A stretch of DNA of 64,000 bases, from contig CAYYJQ010000007.1 of assembly GCA_964472295.1 (NCBI GenBank), positions 302 to 64,301 on the forward strand, written 5' to 3'. Both the position numbers and the translations under genes were made by a program. Positions 39,291 to 51,305 of this stretch are shown here, piece by piece. Position 1 is the stretch's first letter. The number at the start of each line of letters is the position of its first letter. Source of the stretch: an uncultured Thermodesulfobacteriota bacterium (GTDB lineage Bacteria; Desulfobacterota; GWC2-55-46; JADFVP01). A model generated the notes under the pieces. That model had not been told where the DNA came from, did not search any database, and worked only from the letters and a program-made list of their open reading frames with translations.

Positions 39291-39930
39291 TTACGAGTTG
39301 GAGGGTTCCCTTGAGGAGGAACCTTCTGTTGAAGTTCTTGAATCCCTCGTGCCTGAGGAGGGACTGAATATCTCCTCTGAGCCAGTACTCCACCTCGCTA
39401 CCCTCGGTAAAGAGGTGTATGAGGTGTTGAATTGTCCCGGCGAGCCCCCTGCCCCTATAATAATCCTCTATTACGAGCCGCCCGCCGCGCTCAAGTACCC
39501 TTGCGGCTTCTCTTACGGCCGATTTTGTTACTTCAGGGGGCACCTCATGGAGGCCCAGGCAGACAAGGACCCGTTCAAAGGAGGCGTCTTTAAATGGGAG
39601 CGATGCCGAGTCGCTCCTGACGATGCCCATGCTCGCGCCTTTCTTTTTAGCCTTTTCAGCGGCTACCCTCAGCATGGGGCCGCTCAGGTCTGTGGCAAAG
39701 GCCCTTGCCCCGCGGCTTTCAGCAAGGAGAGCGAGCGTTGCCGTTCCGGCGAAGATTTCAAGGGTCTTTTTGCCCTCAAGGGGCATGGCCTCATTTATGA
39801 AGGCCTCTCGAAGGCGTCCCTCGCCGCCTATGAAGAGGCCCGCGAACCAGAGACCAAGGTCGTAAAAGGGGGCCGCAATATCAAAGTCAATGGAGCGTGA
39901 CGGGAGTCTTTTCCTGCCCTCTTTTCCCAT
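39274..39930 (-). CDS. Class I SAM-dependent methyltransferase
   Basis: SAM motif LEIFAGTA and UbiE/Type-11-like methyltransferase body. Track ORF extends to 40014 through a Gly-rich low-complexity segment. Start placed at the internal Met. Confidence 0.65.
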   Translation of the reverse strand: MGKEGRKRLPSRSIDFDIAAPFYDLGLWFAGLFIGGEGRLREAFINEAMPLEGKKTLEIFAGTATLALLAESRGARAFATDLSGPMLRVAAEKAKKKGASMGIVRSDSASLPFKDASFERVLVCLGLHEVPPEVTKSAVREAARVLERGGRLVIEDYYRGRGLAGTIQHLIHLFTEGSEVEYWLRGDIQSLLRHEGFKNFNRRFLLKGTLQLVTAEKA

Positions 39931-40064
39931 TTTTTTTATGGAGGCGCTTTTTATCGTTGGCGGCGCGCCCTGCCCACCTTGCCCCTGGCCAAGCCCTCGG
40001 GCCAATCCCCCCAAGACGCTTTAAGTTGGCCTCCAAGGGGCAGAAGCCCCCTCCCCCCCTCCCC

Positions 40065-41345
40065 TCAGGCGGCCTTCTTGCCGAGGACCTCGTCGGGGTG
40101 GGCTATATAGCCCTTAATGGCCGAGGCCGCGGCAACAGCGGGGTTGGAGAGATAGACCTCGCTCTTCGGGTGACCCATGCGGCCTACAAAGTTCCGGTTC
40201 GTAGTGGCAATGGCGCGCTCGCCCTCGGCTAGTATTCCCATGTGACCGCCAAGGCATGGCCCGCAGGTGGGCGGGCTGATGACTGCGCCTGCGTCGGTAA
40301 AGATACGGAAGTAACCGCGCCTCAGGGCCTCGCTGTAAATCATGGGAGTCGCCGGGATTATTATAAGCCTTACATAGGGAGCGACTTTTCTGCCCTTCAG
40401 GATGCGCGCGGCAACGGCAAGGTCCTCTATCCTGCCGTTGGTGCAGGACCCGATGATGCTCTGGTCTATCTTTACGCGCCCTATCTCGCTGATATTCTTC
40501 GTGTTTTCAGGTAGAGACGGCAGGGCCACCTGGGGCTCTATTTTAGAGGCGTCTATCTCGATTACATCAGTATACTCTGCATCGGGGTCTGAAGCGAAGA
40601 AGGTATACTTTCTCTCCGCCCGGTCCCTTACATACTCCTCAGTCACTTTATCGGGCGGGATTATGCCGTTCTTGGCGCCAGCCTCAATGGCCATGTTGCA
40701 CATGGAGAGCCTCGACTCCATGGTAAGGGCGCTGATGGTTTCCCCTGTGAACTCCATGGCCCGGTACAGGGCTCCGTCAACGCCTATCCTGCCAATGACG
40801 TTAAGGATAAGGTCCTTTCCCGATACCCACCTCTGGAGTTTGCCGTTAAAGACGAACTTCATGGATTCAGGGACCTTGAACCAGAGTTCCCCTGTTATCA
40901 TGGCCGCGGCAAGGTCAGTGGAGCCAACGCCAGTGGCAAAGGCGCCGAGGGCCCCGTAGGTGCAGGTATGAGAGTCCGCGCCTATGACCACGTCGCCAGG
41001 CACTACAACGCCCCGCTCGGGCAATAGGGCGTGCTCAACGCCCACGTCGCCGCCCTCGTAATAGTGCGAAAGATGGTGCTTTTTCGCGAACTCGCGGAGC
41101 ACCTTCACCTGCTCGGCGGACTTTATGTCCTTATTCGGTGTAAAGTGGTCAGGCACAAGGACAACCCTGTTCCTGTTGAAGACCTTCTTGGCCCCTGTCT
41201 CGTTAAAACCCCTTATGGCGATTGGGGCCGTGATGTCGTTCCCAAGGGCAATGTCCACGCGGGCGTTTATGAGGTCACCGGGCTGGACACGCTTCAGCCC
41301 GGCGTGACGGGCAAGTATCTTCTCGGTTATGGTCATGGCTGACAT
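40065..41345 (-). CDS. leuC: 3-isopropylmalate dehydratase large subunit
   Basis: Aconitase-family Cys ligands (CTNGR, SCTNG region) and 426 aa length. Confidence 0.9.
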   Translation of the reverse strand: MSAMTITEKILARHAGLKRVQPGDLINARVDIALGNDITAPIAIRGFNETGAKKVFNRNRVVLVPDHFTPNKDIKSAEQVKVLREFAKKHHLSHYYEGGDVGVEHALLPERGVVVPGDVVIGADSHTCTYGALGAFATGVGSTDLAAAMITGELWFKVPESMKFVFNGKLQRWVSGKDLILNVIGRIGVDGALYRAMEFTGETISALTMESRLSMCNMAIEAGAKNGIIPPDKVTEEYVRDRAERKYTFFASDPDAEYTDVIEIDASKIEPQVALPSLPENTKNISEIGRVKIDQSIIGSCTNGRIEDLAVAARILKGRKVAPYVRLIIIPATPMIYSEALRRGYFRIFTDAGAVISPPTCGPCLGGHMGILAEGERAIATTNRNFVGRMGHPKSEVYLSNPAVAAASAIKGYIAHPDEVLGKKAA

Positions 41346-41431
41346 TGAAATTCCCCTTTAAAGAAAATTGATAACATTTTGATATTAAGGATGAAAAATG
41401 TTGGCGCAAGGCTTACATCCCTTTAGCCGTA

Positions 41432-41485
41432 GGGTGGGCTGTGCCCACCAAAATGTAGGATGGGTAAAGCAAAGCGAAACCCATC
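41432..41485. repeat. Family-1 modules (A, B) between leuC and leuA
   Basis: GGGTGGGCTGTGCCCACC 41432-41449. GTAGGATGGGTAAAGCAAAGCGAAACCCATC 41455-41485. Confidence 0.75.
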
Positions 41486-41503
41486 AAATCAGGTAACGCG
41501 GCC

Positions 41504-43039
41504 CTACACCCCGCCCGTGGTCTTCTGGTGTTTTCTGTACTCGAGCCTGTTAAGGGCGTTCACATAGGCCTTGGCGCTTGCTATGATAATGTCTGTGTGC
41601 GCCCCCTGACCAAGGGCCACAAGGCCGCCCTCTTCTATGCGCACCGTCACCTCGCCCTGCGCGTCCGTTCCGCCCGTGATGGCGTTCACAACATATTTAA
41701 GGAGTTTGCTCTCAGTGCCAGTTATCTTCTTTATGGCCCTGTATGCCGCGTCCACAGGGCCGTCGCCCTCCACGCTCTCCTTAATCACCTTGCCGTTAAC
41801 CTTCATCTCCACCGTGGCCACGGCCTGCGTGGCCGTGCCGCTATGAACATCAAGGGATAAGAGGCTGTAGGCCTCCCTGTGGTCCATCCTTAGGACCTCG
41901 TCCTGCACTATGGCCTCGATATCCTCGTCAAAGACCTCCTTTTTCTTGTCCGCAAGGACCTTGAACCTCAAGAAGGCCTTCTGCAGGTCATCGCCGCTTA
42001 TATCATACCCAAGTTCCCTTATGCGCTCAGCAAAGGCGTGCCTTCCAGAGTGCTTGCCCATTACAAGGGTGGAGCGCGCGAGGCCCACGGATTCAGGACT
42101 CATTATCTCATAGGTGGTCTTTTCCTTCAAAAGGCCGTCCTGGTGTATACCCGATTCATGGGAAAAGGCGTTCTCGCCCACTATGGCCTTGTTTGGCTGA
42201 ACAGATATGCCCGTAATGCCGCTTACAAGGCGCGAACTCGGATAAATCTGCTCGGAGTTGATATTTGTCTCAAGCCCGAGAGCTTTCCCATGGGTCCTGA
42301 GTATCATTACGACCTCTTCAAGGGAGGCGTTTCCTGCGCGCTCGCCAATGCCGTTTATGGTGCACTCCACCTGTCGGGCCCCGTTTATCACGGCCTCAAG
42401 GGAGTTGGCCGTGGCAAGGCCAAGGTCGTTATGGCAGTGCACGGAGATTACGGCCTTCTCGATGCCCGCGACATGGCGCTTGATTCCGGCAATAAGCGCG
42501 CCAAAGGTGTCGGGAAGCGCGTAGCCCACTGTGTCGGGTATGTTGAGCGTGGTGGCCCCGGCCTCGATTACGGCCTCGAGGACCTCGTAAAGGTACTCGG
42601 GCTCGCTCCTTGAGGCGTCCATGGGAGAAAACTCCACGTCTTCAACGTACCCACGGGCGCGTTCCACCATCTCAACGGCCCGTTTCCTTGCCTCAGCGCG
42701 GCTCATCCTGAACTGATACTTGAGGTGAATATCCGACGTTGAAATAAAGGTGTGAATACGCACCCTTGGCGCGCCCTTCAGGGCCTCTGCCGCACAATCC
42801 ACGTCCTCGGGCTTTGCGCGGGCAAGGCTCGATATGACAGGCCCCTCTACCTCATGGGCTATCTTTCTTATGGCCTCAAAGTCCCCCGGGGAACTATAGG
42901 CAAAACCCGCTTCTATTACATCCACGCCGAGACGGGCAAGTTGAGCGGCCACGACAAGTTTCTCGTCAACCGTCATGGAGGCCCCTGGCGACTGCTCGCC
43001 GTCCCGAAGCGTTGTATCCAGTATCGTGACTCTTTCCAT
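41504..43039 (-). CDS. leuA: 2-isopropylmalate synthase
   Basis: DTTLRDGEQ N-terminus, HCHND motif and LeuA dimerisation C-domain. 511 aa. Confidence 0.9.
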   Translation of the reverse strand: MERVTILDTTLRDGEQSPGASMTVDEKLVVAAQLARLGVDVIEAGFAYSSPGDFEAIRKIAHEVEGPVISSLARAKPEDVDCAAEALKGAPRVRIHTFISTSDIHLKYQFRMSRAEARKRAVEMVERARGYVEDVEFSPMDASRSEPEYLYEVLEAVIEAGATTLNIPDTVGYALPDTFGALIAGIKRHVAGIEKAVISVHCHNDLGLATANSLEAVINGARQVECTINGIGERAGNASLEEVVMILRTHGKALGLETNINSEQIYPSSRLVSGITGISVQPNKAIVGENAFSHESGIHQDGLLKEKTTYEIMSPESVGLARSTLVMGKHSGRHAFAERIRELGYDISGDDLQKAFLRFKVLADKKKEVFDEDIEAIVQDEVLRMDHREAYSLLSLDVHSGTATQAVATVEMKVNGKVIKESVEGDGPVDAAYRAIKKITGTESKLLKYVVNAITGGTDAQGEVTVRIEEGGLVALGQGAHTDIIIASAKAYVNALNRLEYRKHQKTTGGV

Positions 43040-43044
43040 GCTAA

Positions 43045-43132
43045 TTACTTACCTCTTTAAGGACTTAAAAGTCTCGAAAATAGCGCCGCGTCCCTGCGCC
43101 GCTGGAAAGTCTGAGTTTATCAAACTTTCCTC
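43045..43132 (-). repeat. Family-2 repeat, diverged copy 3 in inverted orientation (pssA-leuA intergenic)
   Basis: GCGCCGCGTCCCTGCGCCGCTGGAAAGTCTGAGTTTATCAAACTTTCC aligns with the reverse complement of copy 1 (GGCGGCGCGTCCATGCGTTGCTGGAAAGTCTGAATTAATCAGACTTT). AATTACTTAC matches AATAACTTAC. Confidence 0.55.
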
Positions 43133-43949
43133 ATGTATGGTTTGTAATTTCCTTTTTGTCTTTTTCCCTGTCCCTGGTCCCTGCGCGTGCCTTTTTCTTT
43201 CTCCTCTCAATGAGCCATGTGATTGGCCCCGAGGCCGCGTACCCGAAAAACAGGAGAAAGAGCGTAACCGGAGGCTCGGCGGTTATGACCACCATGAGGA
43301 ATATTAGCCCAACAAGGAGCCTGAAGGGCATCCTGCGCTTGAGATTGAGTTCTTTAAAACTGTAGAACTTTATATTGCTTATCATGAGGAAGGCGAGCAT
43401 GTAGACGAGTATGAGAACCGTCACGTGCTTGGCCATCTCCTGCCCCCTGCCAAGGGAATAAAAAAGAAGCACCGTGGAGGCCACAAGCGAGGCCGCCGCT
43501 GGTATGGGCAGGCCATTAAAGCGCCTGGACTCAACAGTGGATATCTGCACATTAAAACGCGCGAGCCTCAGGGCCCCGCAGACAACGTAGAGAAAGGCCG
43601 CGAGCCAGCCGTATCTGCCAAAGGGTCTGAGCGCCCAGGTGAAAATAAGGATACCCGGCGCGAGCCCAAAGGCAACGAGGTCGGCAAGTGAGTCGTACTC
43701 CGCGCCGAACTTGCTCGTCGTGCCCGTAAGGCGTGCCGTCCTGCCGTCAAGACCGTCTATTACGGCTGAGATGAGTATGGCGATGGCCGCGTGGTCAAAC
43801 CTTCCGTCAATACAGGCCACTATGGCGTAAAAGCCACCGAGGAGGCTCATGCTCGTGAGGAGGTTCGGGAGAAGGAATATACCCTTCCTGAGGTTCCTCT
43901 TCTTCTTGCCACCGCCCTTTACCGGGCGTCTCAGTTCCCTGTCTCTCAT
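43131..43949 (-). CDS. pssA: CDP-diacylglycerol--serine O-phosphatidyltransferase
   Basis: CDP-alcohol phosphatidyltransferase motif DGxxARxxxxxSxxGxxxDxxxD (DGLDGRTARLTG...GAEYDSLAD). Confidence 0.85.
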   Translation of the reverse strand: MRDRELRRPVKGGGKKKRNLRKGIFLLPNLLTSMSLLGGFYAIVACIDGRFDHAAIAILISAVIDGLDGRTARLTGTTSKFGAEYDSLADLVAFGLAPGILIFTWALRPFGRYGWLAAFLYVVCGALRLARFNVQISTVESRRFNGLPIPAAASLVASTVLLFYSLGRGQEMAKHVTVLILVYMLAFLMISNIKFYSFKELNLKRRMPFRLLVGLIFLMVVITAEPPVTLFLLFFGYAASGPITWLIERRKKKARAGTRDREKDKKEITNHT

Positions 43950-44686
43950 GTCCAGTACCCCAGAATTGAAGTTCCGGCGCTTACCCTGTCGCCTATCCTG
44001 ACGGCAACGCGCGACCCCGGCGGCAGGTAAACGTCAAGCCTTGAACCAAACCTTATAAGCCCGAAACGCCTGCCCCGTGTAATCACCATTCCTTCTTTAA
44101 GCCTGCAGACGATGCGTCGTGCCACAAGACCGGCTATCTGGTTGAATACAAAGACCTCGCCGCCCTCTCCCCTTGCTATTACGGCGTTCTGCTCGTTTTC
44201 GAGGCTGGCCTTGTCGAGGTTCGCGGAGAAGAACTTGCCGGGGTTGTATTGTATCTTCTCCACCCTGCCCGAGGCCGGCACCCTGTTCACATGAACATTG
44301 AAGAGGCTCATGAAGATGCTTATCTTCATGGCCTCACCATTGGTAAAGCGGTTTTCCCTGACTCTCTCCACGATGATTACACGCCCGTCGGCAGGACTCA
44401 CTATGGCAGAGGGGTCTTCGGGGACTTTCCTCTCCGGGTCCCTGAAAAAGGCAACCACAAAGATGAAGAGACCGAAAAAGACGATGCCAATGGGCCATGA
44501 ACGAGTAGCCCAGAAGAGGATAACGTCAATGACAAGGGCAATAGCCATGAAGGGATAACCCTCCCTGGCAAGGGGTATCCTGAAGCCCGTTGGCCGTCCC
44601 TGCCCACCACATCCCCCTTGGCCCCCTTCGCCCCTTGGCCCCTTCCGACCACCCTGCTCCCTCTTCTCTCCTTCGGCAACATTCAT
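43946..44686 (-). CDS. psd: Phosphatidylserine decarboxylase (short archaeal-type proenzyme)
   Basis: Conserved AREGYPF N-region and C-terminal GxS-containing cleavage region. The N-terminal Gly-rich ~45 aa of the track ORF are probably not translated. Confidence 0.7.
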   Translation of the reverse strand: MNVAEGEKREQGGRKGPRGEGGQGGCGGQGRPTGFRIPLAREGYPFMAIALVIDVILFWATRSWPIGIVFFGLFIFVVAFFRDPERKVPEDPSAIVSPADGRVIIVERVRENRFTNGEAMKISIFMSLFNVHVNRVPASGRVEKIQYNPGKFFSANLDKASLENEQNAVIARGEGGEVFVFNQIAGLVARRIVCRLKEGMVITRGRRFGLIRFGSRLDVYLPPGSRVAVRIGDRVSAGTSILGYWT

Positions 44687-44701
44687 GGCCGGAAAGAGGG
44701 A

Positions 44702-45718
<1,017 letters not shown>

Positions 45719-45806
45719 TCAAAAAACCTCCTCTTATTATATGAAAGCCGCTAACGCGCGGCTCATGTCCCCTGTAACAAGGACACTTAAGACCATAAAA
45801 AAGACG

Positions 45807-46292
45807 TTATCTCTGCTTGGGGCTCCGGGCCACCACGAGGCTCCCTGTGCGCGCTATCTCCTTTATGCCAAAGGGCCGGAGTAGATCGGTAATGGCCTGT
45901 ATCTTATCACAGTCGCCTGTAATCTCTATGGTGTAACTCCGGGGACTGATGTCCACTATCCTGCCCCTGAAGATTTCCACGATGCTAAGTATCTCGGCCC
46001 TGTTCTCGGCCTTGGAAGAGACCTTTATCATGGCGAGTTCGCGCTCAATGTGCTCTTCCTTGGTAAAGTCATGGACCTTGATTACGCTGATGAGTTTATT
46101 TAACTGTTTGTTGACCTGCTCAATTACCTTGTCGTTACCGCGCGTAATGATGGTCATGCGCGAGACGGAGGGGTCCAGCGTCTCGGCCACGGTAAGGGAC
46201 TCGATGTTAAAGCCCCGGCCCGAGAAGAGGCCAGAAATCCTGGAGAGAACCCCGAACTCATTGGTAACAAGCACTGAGATGGTATGGCGCAA
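45807..46292 (-). CDS. ilvN: Acetolactate synthase small (regulatory) subunit
   Basis: ACT domain N-terminus HTISVLVTNEFGVLSRI. 161 aa. Confidence 0.9.
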   Translation of the reverse strand: MRHTISVLVTNEFGVLSRISGLFSGRGFNIESLTVAETLDPSVSRMTIITRGNDKVIEQVNKQLNKLISVIKVHDFTKEEHIERELAMIKVSSKAENRAEILSIVEIFRGRIVDISPRSYTIEITGDCDKIQAITDLLRPFGIKEIARTGSLVVARSPKQR

Positions 46293-46330
46293 TCTTATCC
46301 TCCTGAGAAAATATTCATGACAGGACGAAG

Positions 46331-48040
46331 TTACACAAGGAGCATCTTGTTAATGGGCTGCCCTGCCGGGACCATGGGATAGACGCCCTCAAAGGGCTCG
46401 ACGCGAAAGTCCATTATAACGGGGCGGTCCTTTATCTTGAGGGCCTTTTTAATTGTCTTTTCCACATCGTCGACTTCTGTAATGAGGAACCCCGCGGCCC
46501 CATAGGACTCGGCGAGTTTGACGTAATCCGGCGCAACGGACATGCAGGTATGGGAGTATCTCTTATCATAGAAGAGTTCCTGCCACTGGCGCACCATGCC
46601 AAGGACCATGTTGTTAAGTATGGCCACCTTCACGGGAAGGCGGTACTGCACCGCGGTGGCGAGTTCCTGTATGTTCATCTGTATGGAGCCGTCGCCGGCT
46701 ATGTCTATGACCGTCTTCCTGGGGAAGGCTATCTGCGCTCCTATGGCCGCCGGGAAGCCATACCCCATGGTTCCGAGCCCGCCCGAGGTGAGGAAGGTGC
46801 GGGGTTTCGCGAACTTGAAGAACTGGGCGGCCCACATCTGGTTCTGCCCCACCTCTGTGGTGATGATGGCGTCTCCCTTTGTGACCTCATAGAGTTTTTC
46901 TATGACGTACTGTGGCTTTATCCGGCCCTCTTTGCTCATCTCATAGGTAAGGCCGTGCTCGCTGGCCCACTTGTCTATCCCGGCCCTCCACTCGCTTATG
47001 CCTTCCCTGTACTTTTTAAGTTCCGCAGGCTTTGGCAGGGCCTTGAGCATGTCCTTTAAGACCTTCTTCACGTCTCCCACAATTGGAATATCCACCCTTA
47101 CGTTCTTGCTGATAGACGTTGGGTCAATGTCTATATGCACCACGCCTGCGTATGGCGCGAACTCGGCTATCTTCCCGGTTACGCGGTCGTCAAAGCGAGA
47201 CCCTATGGCGATGAGGCAGTCCGTGTCCGTAACGGCCATGTTGGCGGCGTATGTTCCGTGCATTCCGAGCATTCCAAGAAAGAGCGGGTGCGTCCCCGGA
47301 AAACCACCAAGGCCCATGAGCGTGGTGGTCGTGGGGATGCCGAGTTTTTCGGCAAAGGCACGGAGTTCCTTCGAGGCATTTGAGAGAAGGACGCCACCGC
47401 CTGCGTAGACAACAGGGCGCTTTGACTTCAGGATAAAGTCAAGTGCCTTCCTGACCTGCCCCGGGTGGCCCTTGTACGTTGGCTGGTAACTGGGAATGAC
47501 GACCTTTTCCGGGTAGTTGAAATCAGCGCTCGTGGTAAAGACGTCTTTTGGTATATCCACGAGCACAGGGCCGGGCCTGCCTGTTGTGGCTATATAAAAG
47601 GCCTCTTTTATTATCCTTGCAAGGTCTCTAACGTCCTTTACGAGGTAGTTGTGCTTTGTGCATGGCCTTGTAATGCCGACGATGTCGGCCTCCTGAAAGG
47701 CGTCGTTGCCTATGAGGGCAGTTGGGACCTGTCCGCTGAAGACCACCATGGGTATGGAGTCCATGTATGCCGTGGCGATTCCCGTGACCGTGTTCGTGGC
47801 CCCTGGCCCCGAGGTGACAAGGACAACGCCGGGCTTACCTGTGACGCGCGCGTAACCGTCAGCCATGTGCACGGCGCCCTGCTCGTGGCGGACGAGTACA
47901 TGCTCGAGAGGCGCGTCATAGAGTTCGTCATAGACAGGGAGCACGGCCCCTCCGGGAAAACCGAAGATGGTCTTTACGCCCTCTTTTTTAAGGCACTCGA
48001 TGAATATCCTGGCGCCTGTCATTTTTTTGTTTTTTGTCAT
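46331..48040 (-). CDS. ilvB: Acetolactate synthase large subunit
   Basis: ThDP-binding [12 protein letters not shown] motif and FAD region. 569 aa. Confidence 0.9.
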   Translation of the reverse strand: MTKNKKMTGARIFIECLKKEGVKTIFGFPGGAVLPVYDELYDAPLEHVLVRHEQGAVHMADGYARVTGKPGVVLVTSGPGATNTVTGIATAYMDSIPMVVFSGQVPTALIGNDAFQEADIVGITRPCTKHNYLVKDVRDLARIIKEAFYIATTGRPGPVLVDIPKDVFTTSADFNYPEKVVIPSYQPTYKGHPGQVRKALDFILKSKRPVVYAGGGVLLSNASKELRAFAEKLGIPTTTTLMGLGGFPGTHPLFLGMLGMHGTYAANMAVTDTDCLIAIGSRFDDRVTGKIAEFAPYAGVVHIDIDPTSISKNVRVDIPIVGDVKKVLKDMLKALPKPAELKKYREGISEWRAGIDKWASEHGLTYEMSKEGRIKPQYVIEKLYEVTKGDAIITTEVGQNQMWAAQFFKFAKPRTFLTSGGLGTMGYGFPAAIGAQIAFPRKTVIDIAGDGSIQMNIQELATAVQYRLPVKVAILNNMVLGMVRQWQELFYDKRYSHTCMSVAPDYVKLAESYGAAGFLITEVDDVEKTIKKALKIKDRPVIMDFRVEPFEGVYPMVPAGQPINKMLLV

Positions 48041-48079
48041 GATAAGGGCCTGTTTAAGTACTTATCGGGCAGTTTTTTT

Positions 48080-48251
48080 GGTGGGCAGTGCCCACCATAC
48101 GAGCCTTTTTTGTTGGGTTTCGCTTACGCTCCACCCATCCTACAAGTTTTTCCAGCGGGCGTAGCCAGCTGGCATTAATTTTCTTTGTCTTACTTTCTTT
48201 TTTAAAAGAAAGTAAGGAAATCTTTTTTCTTTTTGGCGGGCGAAGCCCGCC
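48080..48251. repeat. Family-1 most complete composite copy (A, B-rc, C, D, A') between ilvB and ilvD
   Basis: GGTGGGCAGTGCCCACC 48080-48096. GTTGGGTTTCGCTTACGCTCCACCCATCCTACAAG 48112-48146. CCAGCGGGCGTAGCCAGCTGG 48152-48172. TTTTCTTTGTCTTACTTTCTTTTTTAAAAGAAAGTAAG 48178-48215. GGCGGGCGAAGCCCGCC 48235-48251. Confidence 0.85.
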
Positions 48252-48277
48252 ACTTAACCTTCTTCTTTTTTTTCTTT

Positions 48278-49936
48278 CTACTTCTGCACGGCTCCTGTAT
48301 AGGCCGAGGTGACGTTACGGGCGTACCTACTGAGCCAGCCCTTTTTTATCTTCGGCGCCGGGGGACGCCACGTCTTTTTACGTCTTTCAAGTTCTCCCTC
48401 GGCCACCCGGAGTTCAAGGGTGCGTTTATGGATGTCCATCTCTATGAGGTCTCCATCTTTTACAAGGGCTATGGGGCCTCCCTCCATGGCCTCTGGCGAG
48501 ATATGGCCTATGCAGGGTCCCCGCGTGCCGCCGGAGAATCGTCCGTCTGTAAGGAGGGCCACTGTATCACCGAGGCCCATGCCCATGAGTGTTGCCGTCG
48601 GGGCGAGCATCTCGCGCATTCCGGGGCCGCCTTTTGGCCCTTCATAGCGGATTACTATGCAGTCGCCCTTTTTTATTTTCTTGCCGAGTATGGCCTTCAT
48701 GGCCTTTTCTTCTGAGTCGAATACACGTGCCCGACCCGAAAAACGCATCATGGCACTGCTGACGCCCGATTGTTTCACAACGGCCCCAAGCGGCGCGATA
48801 TTGCCCTTGAGGACGGCTATTCCCCCTTCCTTGTGATAGGGTTTTTTAAGGGGACGGAGAACGTTTTCATCTATGTAGTCCACTGCCGCGGTAATGGCCT
48901 TTATGCGTTTACCCGATACCGTGGGGTTGTCTTTTATAGAGTCCTTGAGTCTTGAGAGCACGGCCCCTATGCCCCCTGCCCAGTGCAGGTCCTCGAGGTA
49001 ATAATCGCCAACAGGCTCAAGGGAGGCGATGTGGGGCGTGGTCTTGCTGATGGTATCAAATAGTTCAAGGGGAAGTTCCACCCCTGCCTCGTGGGCGATG
49101 GCAAGGAGGTGGAGCACCGTGTTCGTGGAGCCCCCGAGGGCCAGGTCAACGCGTATGGCGTTCTCAAAGGCCGCCTTTGTGAGTATCTTTCGCGGGGTGA
49201 CCTGTTTTTTCACGAGTTCCACTATTCTGACACCGCTCTCAAAGGCGATACGGCGTTTTTCCGCCGAGTTCGCCATTGCGGTTCCGCACCAGGGCAGGCT
49301 CATGCCCATTGCCTCTGTAAGGCAGTTCATGGTGTTTGCAGTGTAGAGGCCCTGGCAGGACCCTGCCCCTGGGCAGGCCCCCATCTCGCAGGCATTGAGT
49401 TCCTTGGCGTCAATCTCACCGGCCTTGAAGCGGCCCATGGCCTCGAAGGTATTTCGTATGAGCGAGAGTTTCTTGCCCCTGTACCTGCCTGTCATCATGG
49501 GCCCAGCCGAGACCACGATGGAGGGTATGTTGAGCCTTGCCGCGGCCATGAGCATACCCGGGCTTATCTTGTCGCAGTTGGTCAGAAAGACGAGACCATC
49601 GAGGGCATGGCCCTCGGCAACGCTCTCGACGAGGTCGGCGATGAGGTCGCGAAGGGGCAGTGAGTAGTGCATACCCTTGTGCCCCATGGCAATGCCGTCG
49701 CAGACACCGGGTAGGCCGAAGATAAAGGGGTAGCCCCCGCCCGTGTGTATGCCCTTCTCGATGAAGCGTTCGAGGTCACGCATGCCTATGTGGCCGGGTA
49801 TGAGGTCCGTAAAACTCGACGCAAGACCGATAAAGGGCTTTTTCATCTCGCCCTTTGGAAGTCCGGTGGCGTACATGAGGGCCCTGTGTGGGACCCTCTC
49901 AACGCCTTTTTTAATTCTGTCGCTTCTCTGTGTCAT
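48278..49936 (-). CDS. ilvD: Dihydroxy-acid dehydratase
   Basis: ILVD/EDD family motifs (CDKISPG, SGGT). Start set at [11 protein letters not shown]. The track ORF is 11 codons longer. Confidence 0.9.
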   Translation of the reverse strand: MTQRSDRIKKGVERVPHRALMYATGLPKGEMKKPFIGLASSFTDLIPGHIGMRDLERFIEKGIHTGGGYPFIFGLPGVCDGIAMGHKGMHYSLPLRDLIADLVESVAEGHALDGLVFLTNCDKISPGMLMAAARLNIPSIVVSAGPMMTGRYRGKKLSLIRNTFEAMGRFKAGEIDAKELNACEMGACPGAGSCQGLYTANTMNCLTEAMGMSLPWCGTAMANSAEKRRIAFESGVRIVELVKKQVTPRKILTKAAFENAIRVDLALGGSTNTVLHLLAIAHEAGVELPLELFDTISKTTPHIASLEPVGDYYLEDLHWAGGIGAVLSRLKDSIKDNPTVSGKRIKAITAAVDYIDENVLRPLKKPYHKEGGIAVLKGNIAPLGAVVKQSGVSSAMMRFSGRARVFDSEEKAMKAILGKKIKKGDCIVIRYEGPKGGPGMREMLAPTATLMGMGLGDTVALLTDGRFSGGTRGPCIGHISPEAMEGGPIALVKDGDLIEMDIHKRTLELRVAEGELERRKKTWRPPAPKIKKGWLSRYARNVTSAYTGAVQK

Positions 49937-50030
49937 TATATGAGTTTGTCCTTCGTGCCTATATCTCAAGACCTGGCAGGCCTGGCCTCTACCTGCCGCT
50001 ATATTTGGCGCGCATTTATGTAAAAAGGCG

Positions 50031-50078
50031 CAAAAGCGAAGAAGGGCGCTTTATGCGAGCCCTCTTCACTCATATCAC
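50031..50078 (-). terminator. Candidate terminator downstream of the DUF465 gene / upstream of ilvD
   Basis: Imperfect hairpin GAAGAGGGC-tcgcataaagc-GCCCTTCTTC on the minus strand followed by GCTTTTGCGCCTTTTT. Confidence 0.4.
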
Positions 50079-50135
50079 CAGTCAGGGGCCGTTAAAATAA
50101 GGCCCACTCTGTTCCATGATTATCTCATCTCACTC

Positions 50136-50357
50136 TCAGCCTTCAACGGCGGCAGAGAGCAACTTCTCCATCTTGTCCTTGAGCGCGAGTTTCAATTTCT
50201 TGAGTTTTTTCTCCTCAAGCCTCTCCTCTTCGTTCAAGATACCCTTTTTCTCAAGTTCAGCGACGCGCTGTTTGTAGCCCTTGTGTTCGTCGAAGGCCTT
50301 CTTGAACTCTTCGTTCTCTTCCAAGAGCCTTTCCACAAGTTCCGTCTGCTCCAGCAT
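50136..50357 (-). CDS. DUF465 (YdcH-like) coiled-coil protein
   Basis: 73 aa, EEFKKAFDEHKGYKQRVAELEKKGILNEEERLEEKKLKK pattern of YdcH family. Confidence 0.6.
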   Translation of the reverse strand: MLEQTELVERLLEENEEFKKAFDEHKGYKQRVAELEKKGILNEEERLEEKKLKKLKLALKDKMEKLLSAAVEG

Positions 50358-50497
50358 AACTCCTCCTTACGCTCAAGTAATAATAAACATGAGGACTTCC
50401 ATGATCATAAGGAAATCAATAGACGCTCATGAGTTATAAACGTAATTAGATTATAATAACTTACAAGAAAAGCGTTGTCAACAGAGGAGATGTCCTC

Positions 50498-51202
50498 TTA
50501 AGAACCCCCTGAGGCGCGTCTCTTTAGTTCTGCCTCGGACATTCTGAGATAAAGAGGCGCAACGGCAAGGGGCGTTGTAATGAGGGCGCCTTCTTCAGAG
50601 GCAAGGGCCGCGATATTAGAGGCCCTTATGTGCCAGAGCGGCTCTGGCGCCAGAATGGCCCCTGGCAGGGCCTTCTTCAGAAACCCCCCGTAGACTGAGA
50701 GCCCGCTTCCAAGAAAGACAACTTCCCTGTCCCTCTGTACAAGTTCTTCAAGACGCCTGACGAGTGCCTCCGGCCTAATGGCCGAGGGCCCCATGAGTTC
50801 GCGCATGCGGCCAGATTCAGAGGCATAGATGGCAGTATAGACCTCGGACTTTCTGGCGTCAAGGACTGGACAGATGGCCGGTCCGCAGAAGGGCGCGTTC
50901 ATGGCAAGGGCCTTTAGCGTGGAGACTGCGTACACAGGACGGCCAAGGGGCCAGGCAAGGCCCTTTATGGTGGTTATGCCGATGCGGAGCCCTGTAAATG
51001 AGCCCGGCCCAACTGCCACGGCGTACTGGTCTATATCGGAATGGCAGATGCCGCAGTCCTCAAGGAGGGCGGAGATGCTCCGAAGGAGCCACCTTGCGTG
51101 AGGGCCGGCGTTGCCCACTGTGCGCTCGGCCACAAGGGAGCCATCTTCGGTATCGACGATAGATACGCTCCCGGACCTGGCTGAGGTGTCAATAGCGAGC
51201 AT
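50498..51202 (-). CDS. tsaB: tRNA threonylcarbamoyladenosine biosynthesis protein TsaB
   Basis: MLAIDTSARSGSVSIVD N-terminus of YeaZ/TsaB. Start ATG at 51202. The upstream in-frame extension lies in an 85-bp tandem duplication. Confidence 0.8.
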   Translation of the reverse strand: MLAIDTSARSGSVSIVDTEDGSLVAERTVGNAGPHARWLLRSISALLEDCGICHSDIDQYAVAVGPGSFTGLRIGITTIKGLAWPLGRPVYAVSTLKALAMNAPFCGPAICPVLDARKSEVYTAIYASESGRMRELMGPSAIRPEALVRRLEELVQRDREVVFLGSGLSVYGGFLKKALPGAILAPEPLWHIRASNIAALASEEGALITTPLAVAPLYLRMSEAELKRRASGGS

Positions 51203-51305
51203 AAAGTCTGTTTTTTCACTCTCCACAGCGGTTTTTTTCCGCCCCCCAATGTCCCTTACATGGTTAATGGTCCTCAATGGCGAGCATAAAGTCTGTTTTT
51301 TCACT
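51190..51305. repeat. 85-bp tandem duplication spanning the tsaB ribosome-binding site and start codon
   Basis: CAATAGCGAGCATAAAGTCTGTTTTTTCACT (51190-51220) and CAATGGCGAGCATAAAGTCTGTTTTTTCACT (51275-51305), 30/31 identical. Upstream copy makes a 7-codon mini-ORF (MLAIEDH*). Confidence 0.75.

Noticed and set aside
44548-44686. Gly-rich N-terminal extension of psd (and 39930-40014 of the methyltransferase, 29543-29624 of the zinc-ribbon ORF, 51202-51304 of tsaB) as genuine coding sequence
   Set aside because: The extensions are translations of G-run leaders or of the tandem duplication. They lack RBSs, and homologues start at the downstream Met, so gene starts were trimmed.
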